A model generated the notes under the pieces. It did not search any database and was not told the origin of the DNA. It worked only from the letters and a program-made list of their open reading frames with translations. Shown here one piece after another: positions 45,739 through 57,621 of a stretch of DNA of 64,000 nucleotides (positions are counted from its first letter, which is position 1; every line of letters starts with the position of its first letter). Source of the stretch: Adineta vaga (Eukaryota > Animalia > Rotifera); NCBI GenBank assembly GCA_021613535.1, contig CP075492.1:9734001-9798000 (forward strand), given 5' to 3'. Made by a program: the position numbers and the translations under genes.

Positions 45739-48700
45739 CTAGAAATCAGATACATGTATAGATAATTACAAAGCAAAGAAACGAATAGTATCTGTATAAA
45801 TGTCATCTAGACTATTAGAAATTCATGTATCTTTTATCTCTACATTCTTTTGTGTTGAACAAAAATTAGCATATTTGGAAAAATTAAAAGTAAAGAGATA
45901 TGTTTACATCCGGATATTCTTATCTAAATTGCTAACTATATTATATTTTCTACGCTATACGATCTTTAATACAACAAACGAGAGAGAGAGACAGAGTAGT
46001 TTGTTCTACTCTATCACATGACACTAGACTATTTCGTCGGTAAAATATAACGATAAGAAAATAATACTATAAAATGACAGCAAAGAAATTAGCAAATATA
46101 TTTTAAGTCATATGCTAGAACCTATCAAACCACTAATCTAAGAAAAAGGTACATATACTAATCGTTGACTATGAATATCCACACAACATGTCGCATTTCA
46201 GTTACGAATGTTCATTATGAAGGAGAATATACTATTGAATTAGATGTTTTCATTGACGAAGATCAATTCAATGAATTAAAGGTTATAATAACCTTTGTAA
46301 ATAATGTACCATTGTGATTGATTTCAATCTGCTTATCTACACCTGATTCTATCAATTGATAATAAGTCAAAAATCGTTCAGAGTAACTCATTATCTGAAC
46401 AATGATTTAATAATTTATATACTATAAAACGCCTAAAATTCAAACAAAACGGAATAATAATATTCAATAACCTTCATACCAGAATAATTCATATTCATTG
46501 TCAACAATACATGGATAGATTTTATTCATGTAAAAATGTCACGATACCAAAATTAGTATCACAAATCTATCGACATTGATCGTATAAGAAGTTACCATTA
46601 AAACACGCTTCAGATTACAATAATAGCTCTGTTAATACACTGTCAATGATAAAAAAAAATGATGCGGATCTGGGGTTAACTCATACTTCACTTATCTTAT
46701 GATTTTATGATTATGATCAGTATAAAGTTTAGCCATACACCAATCATCTTTAGCAAAAAATGATGTGAAGTAGTACTGATGACAGAGGACATCTGTAGGA
46801 TGTTTTACGATATTGAATGTGAATATCATTGGTTTTAGTTCAGAGAACTTTTCATATTAGTATAGTTATACTAACTAACAAACATGTTTCAATTCAATAT
46901 GAAATGATTTTAAACTGGATTATCATGTTTGATCTCGTTGTTGGCTAATCTTAATGATAATCCTGAACTTACCGATGAAATCAAGATCGTTTTCCCCTAT
47001 CTTTAGGTGAGTCTATGCTAAGTAAAAAACTAAGATGAAAAACATTTTTTAAAAAAGAAAAGAAGCGATGGCATAAAAAGAGAAAAATAAAACATTTTTT
47101 TAACCAGATTTGTCTATACCATGGCAATTCATCACCACCCACGTCGAAAAATCCGGTACAGAAAACGTTTGCTGTTTCTTGGTGTACTCCAAACAATTCG
47201 GACCGCTTCCGGAGATCGGTATCATCGTCGTGGGCAATTGAAGGATCCCAAGAATAATACCGTTTAGACCAACAAAAATGATCGCTAGAAAGAAAAATTA
47301 TAATGATGATGTGCCGTGTTGTTTCAAATAAAGAACTTTTCTGAAGACTATATATTTTCAAATCTTTAACCTAAAACTACTCAATATTTATAGAGAAAGA
47401 AGCTTTTGAGATCATATATAAAACAGTCAAATAAAGAAAATTGATTCGCATTAAAGCATATTGAACACACTGTAGGTGGACATAAACAATAAAATTTCTG
47501 ATTCAAATAATATTCGGCTGACATTTCTATAGGCTAGAAGCGAAATTGCTGTTCGCTATAGCTTCATACGTACATACAGTCAAGGAGAAAAGTGAAAACA
47601 CGATGGGAAAATACTGCACTATAAATATATAACAAAAGAATGTTCTCATTGAAGTCATACTTATTCATTTTCCTTAAGAAAGACAATCATTATTTCTGTG
47701 GATATCTCATTTTTATCATCGATCGATAGGTTGTTCAATTCTTATTTGATTTCTTTCATAAAATATAACTATAGAAAACAATCAAAGTGTGAAACATACA
47801 GTAATACGTACATGTGATTTAACTTACTTTACCGATGTCTTATTTCTCTCTTATAAAAATGTCGATGGTAATGCTCGTGCTCGCGTAGTGCGACGAACGT
47901 TATTTATTGTAAGATGTTGGTGTTTTTCTCTCTCTTCGATTTTATTATCAAACATAACAGTATATATACGCGCAGAAAACAAAAATTAAGACTGGTGAAG
48001 AAAATTCACTAGGTTTACTAATACGACCTTTCTCGATTTGTTATAAAAAACATTTGTAAGAAAAATAAACCATGCAATCAGTTGAAATAAAATGAGGAGT
48101 ATGGTTTGAACAGAATACCCCTGCTGCCAGTCACATCCACCTCATACTCACCTCACCATTGACACCAGAAGTTTGCTATGCTTCTTCTTGACTTTGAGTT
48201 TTTTTTTTCGTTCAGCCAACATTTCCTTTGTTTTTTGCAGTTTCAGATACAATATGCTTTGCAAATTCCAAGTTCTAAATTTAAGGAGAATATGTTGGCA
48301 AGGTTGATTACTTGCTCCCTATCAAAATCTTTTATAAAATTGCGTACTGAACCACTACAACAAAAAACAAGTATGGAAATTTAATCGATTCAAAAACAAC
48401 TTTAGAACTTATGAATAGTCATGGATGGTTACAGGCTGGAACATAGCTGTTTTTTTATGAATCAGAGCGATACATTATGTATACTAAGTTGGATTTTATC
48501 GTTTATAAATGTAATAAATTTTACTCTTGGGATGTAACCGAGAAACGAGACGGAGGAGAGTTTCCTAGATGTACACATTATTTGAAGGAAGCGACCTAAT
48601 AATGTCTGAACGGATGCCAACCTTTCCTATTAAGCGAGCTTTCGTATAGCAGTAAGACAATGGTTAACAGGATTCCATAAAATCTAGAAATGAACGTACT

Positions 48701-48741
48701 TGATAGATGGTGCACCATAGTAGATAATATTTTGTTGAATT

Positions 48742-48797
48742 AGGGTGTGGGTATTCTTATCTTCTGTCGCCCACATCCACATTCACACCCACACCCT
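48742..48797. repeat. 11-bp inverted repeat (AGGGTGTGGGT ... ACCCACACCCT) with degenerate CCCACA units
   Basis: Arms at 48742-48752 and 48787-48797 are exact reverse complements and are GC-rich against an AT-rich background. Confidence 0.6.
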
Positions 48798-51382
48798 CAA
48801 GATCAACTGTAACATCTTCTCACTTTTTTCGCTAATACTTTGTTTTGGTACATGGTGTCAAAGAGATTCTCTCAGCAGTAGATAGAACATATTTGGTTGT
48901 AGTTGTGGTGAAAAAAATCACTTTTCTATCACGTCTTGCTGCTGAGAATGAAACAAAACATGATCGATGACTCGAATTTTGATCAGAATTACCCAAGACG
49001 TCCCTATAAATATTCAAAATCGATTTAATTTTTCCTTCACAGACGTTACTGGAAATAATATAAATTCGTATTACTTATACGACTGACAGCGTTTTCGATA
49101 TTCAACTATCCCTATTGCTTTCACTTAACCACTCAAAAATAACGCAACTTATCTTTTATACCAATCGGAGATCCGAAGCCGTCGCTTCAAAACTATATAA
49201 AGAAACACTGTCCGAAAAGTACAACGTTCTGTGCAAAAGAATTGAAAATAACTTACTAGTTACAGTTTGTATAAAATCACATATATTTTTTGCTGAACCT
49301 AAAAGTAAAAGATACATTTATATAATCATTAAAAATTCGCAGATGCTATATGAAAGCAATAAACGAATACAGAACACATGAGCCTTTTTGTTAAAAAATT
49401 ATTAATTCAGACACTATTTAATATCTGTTTTGGATTTTCTGTATTTGAATAACTAGTTGAACAACTCAGAAAATCGCATGTCGATTAGTAAAAGATTTTA
49501 TAAAATCACAAATTAATCAGAAGAGGCAGTTTTTGAAGACCAGCGAGTACTATCACAACACGCTACTACAAAATGATCAACTCGATTTTTATTTGTTCAT
49601 TTCCATGTTGTTTTAGTAATCACTTCTCAATTACTTAAATTGGTTTTAACAAACGTCTTTGATATTCAGTATATTTATATAGTTCATCTATGGAACCATT
49701 GTGCTCAGGAGCATAACTAACCTTCAATAAAAGAGAGACTTGATAATGAGTTCATGGTCAAATCTAATCGTGTCAAAGTTTACTAACACTATGACAGTGT
49801 AAAAACCGAATTTTAAAAACAATTTTAAAAAGTAAAAAAGGTCCTCAAAATCAGAACCTTAGAAGATATCCCAGGAGATGTTTAAATCGTAGAAAATCTG
49901 ACCAACATCGCTCCTAATTGCAATCGTCCTCGTAGTGTAAAAATCTTATTTAAGAAAATTCTCTAGTGACATCATAAATAAGTAGATTACTTTTTCTTCG
50001 TGCTTGAATTTGTTTTGTTTCTTCCACTGCTAATAATCGTTTTGTTTTTTCGACTTCTGTCACCATATGTTTCATAAATTCTAATTTCTAAATTAAAGAA
50101 TCTATAGACAAAATTAATTGCCCGTTGAGAAATCCTTTTAAAAATTCATTTTACTCACTTGTTGATTATTCGAGTCTTTGATATAAACATCAAGAGATCT
50201 ATTAAAAAAAAGAACAAAAATAGAAAATTAATCGGTTTTGAAAATTGCTTTATAACTTACGCATAATCGGTGGTGTTTACAGGTTTTGACATTGCTGTTT
50301 GATAAGAATCAGGGCGCTGCGTTATGAATACTAACGGTAAGTTGAATTTTTAAATAAATCTAACAGTATCAATATAAATCATTTGTTTATAAATAAAACA
50401 ATTTTTATAGTTGGATGCAAGCATCACACGATTTTATGAAGAGCTTTCTAGATAAACACATCATTCAAAAAACGACATGAAAACGTCTGGCTTTTGACTT
50501 TTCGTATTAGGTGAATCAGGTAAATCTTTTATCGCCGTTAAACAAAAGCAAATGTATGACAACAATCTATGCTGACAAACATGAATCACTCGGTTGATAG
50601 ATAGTACACTAGTGGACATTATTTTGTTAAATCAGACAAACAATTGATAGATCTCAGTAGCAATCGTTAGCAGCATCAAGCAGAAGTGAAATTTTTGAGA
50701 TTGCTATAGTGATCAACGAGTAATGCAAAATATGATTGGAATATCATAATTATGATAATATAGAATAACGTTTTCACAGGGAATTTTATTTCTTGTAAAA
50801 TGATATAATTCAATTATAAATCATGTATCTATAGAAAACGTACCGAACAAGATGTTTTCAATCATGTGAATCTAATGTTAATATTTAATGAAGCCAGTGA
50901 ACAGACTTGATTTTATCATATATATTCAAGTGAAACGCCAAGAAAAAATATTTTTAGATCGGTGCTTAATAATCTCGCATAAAGCTTTTGTTGTAAATTA
51001 GAAAAACAATATGACATTTAAGAATGGAAAAAATCTATTAAAGAGAATTCAAGCACAAAATTTTTATATAAACAACATGCTATGCACTTATGCAAAGCTA
51101 CTCAATGACAATCACACCAATAACAACAAGAAAAAGAGATTTGGTTCGAATAATCTTAAAACGACTCACATGTGTTTTTTTTCTACTTTTCAAGACGATT
51201 GAGCTGAATAAGAAAATTGCTTTTGTTTTATAAATATATCATTTGCTGCAATGTTCTTTTATTTTATTCTCGTGTATTATAAACACTACCTATATAACGT
51301 ATGAAACGATAAAAATACTTTCTTCAATTGTTCTCAGGTTATAATCGGAATACATTGTTTTTTTCTTATTCATGCACTATTA

Positions 51383-52462
51383 TTGATTATAAAACTTCCA
51401 TGTGATGTGATGACAAATGTAACTTTAGATCTTTCATATCTTATTCATACCGACTCAACATTAGCGAGAAAAACAAAGCAACAATCATCATCATCTAATA
51501 ATTTATTCAATAATCGTGAACGAAGCCATAGAGTATCACTGTCATTGCCGATTACTACTTTCGGATCATTTTCAAACTTCGAAGAGAAACTCATACGAAT
51601 GGCAAACAACAATAAATCAACTATTTCAACGAATGTTCTTGTTGAATCTTTAACAACTCAGATACAATCACGTGGACAATTGTCTAATCGGTCAATTGAT
51701 TCGTCAACAGCATCAAGATCTTCATTAAATTATCCATTGACATTGTTACGTTCTAATACATCTTATCATTCTATCAATCCACAATTAACCGATCGATCTC
51801 TCCATACATTCAAATCACCAATATTATCCCACCGAACATTTTCAGTTCGCACACCTAATTATACGGCTCAACGTTCATCTCGACAACAAAAACAATCACA
51901 ACCGCAGACTATTTTGTCTCGTTCCACTTCTCAATATGATCATTTTCTTGCATATCTTCGACGACAATCGCTGGCACGTATCCGTCGAAAACAAGAAGAA
52001 GATGAAACTGGAGTAGAAGGAAACACAGAAACAACAGTCATGTTGAACTTGAATAAACGTTCACCTTCTCATCAATTTCATTCAACATCAAATGGTTCTC
52101 TGACATCACTAGTAGCAGACACACAGCCAGCACCAGTGATATCTATCGCATCAAAAAGAAATGGACGACCCATGTCAACTTATCCTCCACTTCAACGTTC
52201 AACAACAACACATCATTCGAATCAAGTTCAACAAACATCACGAATTATAAGTTCTGATGCTGATCATTTGTTATCAAGAACATTGAGATCATCATTAGTA
52301 ATTACACCAGCAAATTCTATCGTAGATGATCTCTCGATAACACCAGTAAAAACTCCGTATGAATTACATTTTAATAATGATAAACTTAGTTATAGCTATA
52401 TCAGTGATGATAGTGGAGTCCAATATCATGGACAAATGCTTCCTACTGCTGTTCATTTCTAA
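51383..52462 (+). CDS. Uncharacterised Ser/Thr/Arg-rich, probably disordered protein (start uncertain; first ATG ~51409)
   Basis: Uninterrupted ORF of more than 1 kb in AT-rich DNA, with codon style like the neighbouring genes; no domain recognised. Confidence 0.7.
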   Translation: MIIKLPCDVMTNVTLDLSYLIHTDSTLARKTKQQSSSSNNLFNNRERSHRVSLSLPITTFGSFSNFEEKLIRMANNNKSTISTNVLVESLTTQIQSRGQLSNRSIDSSTASRSSLNYPLTLLRSNTSYHSINPQLTDRSLHTFKSPILSHRTFSVRTPNYTAQRSSRQQKQSQPQTILSRSTSQYDHFLAYLRRQSLARIRRKQEEDETGVEGNTETTVMLNLNKRSPSHQFHSTSNGSLTSLVADTQPAPVISIASKRNGRPMSTYPPLQRSTTTHHSNQVQQTSRIISSDADHLLSRTLRSSLVITPANSIVDDLSITPVKTPYELHFNNDKLSYSYISDDSGVQYHGQMLPTAVHF

Positions 52463-52922
52463 GTTACAAAATAGATAGACTTTATTTCGAAAAATATACT
52501 GAACAAATGATTTTCAAATTATTTACAATATATATATTTTTTTGTTTAATGTAAACATTATATCATTCAATGATCTTTTGTTTACTTCGTGATATCATTG
52601 AAGAATGTTGATTACAACATTTTATTTTGAAACATCAGCTACTCTTAGTTGAGTTTGTATCCGTTGCTTCTATTTTATGCATTTTGCAGGTCAAGTCGTG
52701 AATTATAATTATTCTTATTTATAGATCAAACTGTGTAGTCAATGTAAATTGCACCCTCCTGGTTTTTCTACTTACACTTGGACTTGTATTTCACTTAATT
52801 ATTGATGTAAATATATCTATAAAAAAAACCATATTAGTTAATGTTTGTTTTTCAACAACTCTTCCATATTTATTTTCCACCGATGATAAAAGATACGAAT
52901 AAAAACAATAAACGTATATGAA

Positions 52923-54095
52923 TCAGTTTTTGAAAATCTTTGAAAATACAGATGTTTTCGATGGTGTTCGTTTCGCTGTTGATGGTGGTGGTCCACTAAC
53001 TACCGATGCTAAAGTAGATGTTGAACCAATGGTTGATGATGATCCAGATTTCATTGAAGATGAAAGTGGTACACTAACATTCGATGATGTAACTGATGTT
53101 TGAGATTCTGCTTTTGTAGATTTTACTGCTCGATGTGCAAGAGTTGCTGGCATTGGTGGCGGTAAAGGAATACTCATTGGTGAGTTTTTGTCCATTTCAT
53201 TAAAATTCGACAAATGTATAGATGAGTTTGATGATGATGACGATGATGACGAAGGTACAGTGATATTCGTATTGATATTAATGGCGGGTGTTGTTGGTGG
53301 TTCTTCATCAATAGAACTTGATGCGAGAGCACGTTCACGTTCTTTTCGTACTTCACGAACAGTACGATGAAATAATTGTTGAACATATTCATAATCATCA
53401 GCAGCTGTTGTCTCACAGAAAGCACAACTAAATCTATTTGCTACAGATTCACCATCAGATTTTGGAACAACTCTAAATAAAATAAAAACAAGTATTGTTT
53501 AATATATTCGAAAAGACAGAAATCATTACCTAGTTCGTTCGAGATCTAATTTATTTCCAAGTAGCATAATTACAAGTTCATTCGTAGATACAGTTAAGCT
53601 CTTCGAATATATATTTATTGCATCTAAATACGCTAATGCCATTTCAAAACTATCTAATTGCGTTATACTATATGTTATTAAAACAGCATCAGCCCATTTT
53701 AAATAATAAGGTAATCTTTTATCATCCTAAATTATATCAGTTTGTATATATAAAAAATCTCATTCTTTCTTTCAATTACTTTGCCGTACGTATCCATGAC
53801 CTTGACAAGAACTTCTTGTTGATCAACTACATCGGGCTTCCAATATGTATCTTCTATATATATAGGAAAAAAACAAAACATTTATTTCAAAAAGTTTACT
53901 TTCCAACTGAAAATTTTTCATACCAAGAAATGGATCATATTCACGAATAAAACGTTTCGTTAGATATTTAACAACTAATGCTGATTTACCAACATTTTGT
54001 TTTCCCAATAAAACAATATTGACTTCTTCTTTTGGTAAACTTGCTGTTGATAGATGACTTTTAATTGAACTATTCGTTGATTTATATCGACTCAT
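52923..54095 (-). CDS. Ras-family small GTPase (RERG/RASL11/RASL12-like) with Ser/Pro-rich tail and no CAAX; 4 exons
   Basis: G1 GKQNVGKSAL, TKRFIREYDPFLEDTY, G3 MDTYGK, WADA, G4 GNKLDL and G5 ETTAA. Confidence 0.88.
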
Positions 54096-54421
54096 TTTTA
54101 TATGACGTAGAAATCTTTTTTTTTTATGTATCAGTGACACAGCAAAGGGAATGATAAATATACAAACAAAGATATCGTTTTTTTTCTTTTTCTATTCTTT
54201 ATTTCTCATCCATACACAGCAGACGGAAAAGGGGAAAAAGAAGACAGAAAAAGATGTATTTATACGTTAATACCACCATTGTAAATACTTGGTCTGCAGA
54301 GAAATGTAGATAAACACAGATCGATCATTAAGAACGGAAAAAGAACGTAAAGAACATTCCGAAAGAAATAGTACTGTACAAATTTGTAGGAAAAGAAAGT
54401 TTGTTTTGTTCGAAATTATAT

Positions 54422-55513
54422 CTACATAATCGATTTGACAATTGATGTACAATTAGAAAAATCTATAGCCCAACATCTATATCCATAGACACGATTGTCT
54501 AATTTATCGATATCTCGTAAATAATCATATTGAATCCATGCTGATCGACAATCACATTTAAAGTTCATATTTGTATAATTAATATCAATAATTGATGATG
54601 GATGTGTTTCAAGAAATGGTTGAAAAATTGTTTCTTCTAAATAAGTTAAATTTGTATTATAAAGACGTAAGAAAACTGCTCGACTACGAAATCGACTGAG
54701 TGATGTTAATGGAAAACTCGTTGATTGAAGTTTTTCACCACCGAGATAAATATGTAACATAGTATCTGTTGATGATCGATTACGTTGAGCAAATGAATAT
54801 TTATTGATATGAGTTAAATTTGGTGAAAAAATACGTAATAATCGTAGATTTGGTACATGATAAAAAGCATATTGACCAATAGTTTCAATTGGTTGACTTG
54901 TTCGTTGACTTTCTGTACCAAACCAAATATTTGTTAAATTTGTATGATTAAATGCATAATTTGGAATACTTGTTAATCGATCATTATGCATACTAACACG
55001 ACGTAAATTTGTAAATTGTTTCAATATTGAAAAGATGGTATCACTATCTGATAGATTAGTATTTAATGTTTCAAAAGTTTCAACTGAATCTTTAAAATAT
55101 GTAAATGCATTTACATTAATTGTTGTTAACATACGATTATCTTGAAACATTAAACTTTTAAATGTTATATTACTAAAAACATTTTCCGGTAGATATACAA
55201 CTGATGTATTATATAGAAGAAAACTATCAAAATCTGTTTCATTTTCATTTAAATACGAATTTAAATTGATAAAAATTTGTTGTAAATCAAATGATGTATT
55301 ATCAATATGTTCACAAACAATGGATTTTTCATGAATATAAATTGTTTCAGGATTAAAATCATTGAATAATAAATATGTATGAGATGGAATTGTTAAAATA
55401 CATGAACATGGTTCAAGAATAGTATCCGATGGACATTCACAATGAATTAAATTAACATAGGATTGAAAGAGAATCAACGAAAAGAAGTAAATGATTGTCC
55501 TTGAATATATCAT
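54422..55513 (-). CDS. Secreted leucine-rich-repeat protein (single coding exon)
   Basis: Signal-like start [38 protein letters not shown] units ([27 protein letters not shown]) and [15 protein letters not shown]. No TM segment. Confidence 0.85.
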   Translation of the reverse strand: MIYSRTIIYFFSLILFQSYVNLIHCECPSDTILEPCSCILTIPSHTYLLFNDFNPETIYIHEKSIVCEHIDNTSFDLQQIFINLNSYLNENETDFDSFLLYNTSVVYLPENVFSNITFKSLMFQDNRMLTTINVNAFTYFKDSVETFETLNTNLSDSDTIFSILKQFTNLRRVSMHNDRLTSIPNYAFNHTNLTNIWFGTESQRTSQPIETIGQYAFYHVPNLRLLRIFSPNLTHINKYSFAQRNRSSTDTMLHIYLGGEKLQSTSFPLTSLSRFRSRAVFLRLYNTNLTYLEETIFQPFLETHPSSIIDINYTNMNFKCDCRSAWIQYDYLRDIDKLDNRVYGYRCWAIDFSNCTSIVKSIM

Positions 55514-56179
55514 GATCGATTGATAAATGAATGTTAAAAAACTTGAATATAAGAATAAGGAGAGGATTATCAAAAGTAAATATCAAATTAAATCTACACA
55601 AAATATGAATCATCTTTAAAATCAGATGTGTTTTGCGTTTGTTATTGTTCGTTTTATTCTTTAGAATCATATCACAATAAAGTATTAATCTTATGAAACA
55701 AAAAAGTTGATAATAACAAGGTGTTATATCGTATTTAAAACTGTTTTATGAAATTTGTTCTTTCGTATTGAAGGTTTTATTTATGAGTAATTCAATAGAA
55801 TATTTCTTTAAAAGTACCATGAATGATGTATTTATTCCGGCGTATATCCGAGTACAGCAAAATATAAACAACATTCTTTCATGATTGTAGTGCATTCATT
55901 TTCTAAACGAACAGAAAAATCGAATGCCATTTGTACCTTGAAGAAATATTTGAATATAATTTGGCAAGCGGATAATTCAAAGAACATTTTTTTGTTAATT
56001 TCAAAATAGTTAGATGGGAAAATTCTTCCACGTAGATTTGATAAACGAATCGAATGATAACTGTTGCGTAGGAAGCAGTAAAAAATGAATATTTCACATT
56101 TATTCATGTACAATATCGATATAAAAATCTATAGAAAATTGAAATTCATCCTCATTTTATCTTCGAAAACACCGAACAA

Positions 56180-57621
56180 ATGCGCTACCAAGTTTGTTTT
56201 AATTATTCATTTTCTTCTATTTCATTTTCATCTTGAATTATATTATTAGACTTTGTTCCTAGTTGTATTCACGATCGTCTGCGGAATTCAATATTCAACA
56301 TGTAAGAAAAAACTCTTATTATTTTATAAAAGAACAAATCTATTCTTTTGATTTATTTAGCGCGAGAGACGACAACAAAAGCACCAAGTATATTTTCTCG
56401 AAAAATTGTTTCGATCGAAATAATTTTGTATATCAATTTTAGGGGAGGATGATGAATGGAATTCTGAAGAAAATTATGATCTGAAAGATGATGATGGTTA
56501 TTATATTACTGATGGTTCATATGAGAGAGGACCATCATATAAAGATAATGATAACTATGATGACGATGATGAATATAATGGTAAAGATTATAAGAACAAG
56601 GAACGTCGACCATCCTATAAGGGCAATGACAAATATGATGACGATGATGAATATAATGGTAATGATTATAAAAACAAGGGACGTCGACCATCCTATAAGG
56701 GCAATGACAAATATGATGACGATGATGAATATAACGGTAATGATTATAAAAACAAGGGACGTCGACCATCCTATAAGGGCAATGACAAATATGATGACGA
56801 TGATGAATATAATGGTAATGATTATAAGAGCAAGGGACGTCGACCATCAAAATACGTAACTATTTAAAGATGATAAGGTCGAAAGGAAGAATTCTTGTTT
56901 TGATTTATTTTCATAGTCAAGTAAACCAAAAGATATGGGTCATATGAATATTTATTTACGCGAGCCATCCAAAGATGGTAAACGAAAAAACCCCAAACGT
57001 TTTCGTTTCCCTGTTGCCAATTACGAACGTGAACGTTTTCGTATGTATTTTATTATTTATCTCTACAAAATTTATGAAAAACCCTTTTCTCTAGCTCGTA
57101 ACTTTGGTCCATTACTCAGTTTTATGCCATGGTTACCAATCTTTGCTGATCGTTTTACAAAACAAACAATTATCTATTCACCTACTGGCGGTGGTAAAGA
57201 CCGTTTCTTTTCATCGTTTCATTAAATTTTTTGTTGTCTTCTCCTAGTTTATATTCTTCCACCAGTGATTAATTTCTATGGAGATCTTATTTCAGTTGCT
57301 CAATTAATTGCTTCTGGCTATGCTAGTTTAGTTAGTACTGGTGCTCCACCACCACCAGCTGTCGATGTTGCACCACTCGTACAACCTGGTCCAGGTAAAT
57401 CGTTTCTATTGTTTTAAAGTTTCTATAATTATTTTCGTTTTTTTAAAATACGAATAGTTGTTGGTCCTGGTGTACCAACCATCAATCCTTCAACCGGTGG
57501 ATTTAAAGGTGGTGTTCGTACTGATTATCGTTCATTTCCTCGTCCAAGCTATCCTGGCAATTATCAAGAACGATCTTATTCACAAAAAGATGATTATTCT
57601 AAACCAAAGGTCGGTTATTAA
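56180..57621 (+). CDS. Secreted Asp/Tyr/Lys-rich tandem-repeat protein (8 exons including micro-exons); possible peptide precursor or adhesive protein
   Basis: Phase-consistent GT-AG splicing gives MRYQ|TLFLVVFTIVCGIQYST|SRETTTKAP|REDDEWNSEE..(RRPSYKGNDKYDDDDEYNGNDYKNKG)n..|SSKPKDMGHMNIYLREP..|..PKVGY*. Confidence 0.8.
56526..56849 (+). repeat. Coding tandem repeat, 78-bp unit, about 4.2 copies
   Basis: CGTCGACCATC recurs at 56604, 56682, 56760 and 56838; a more diverged first unit starts at 56526. Confidence 0.95.

Noticed and set aside
46981-47361. 126-aa minus-strand ORF
   Set aside because: Non-ATG start, low-complexity ends and no recognisable domain; kept only as part of the relic-island finding.
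56526-56849. CRISPR-like periodicity
   Set aside because: Units are contiguous with no unique spacers, the period is a multiple of three, the context is a eukaryotic exon, and there are no cas genes.
56488-56859. Met-rich (+) and His/Cys-rich (-) repeat ORFs in the track
   Set aside because: They are alternative-frame shadows of the 78-bp repeat. Splice phases support the Asp/Tyr/Lys frame.
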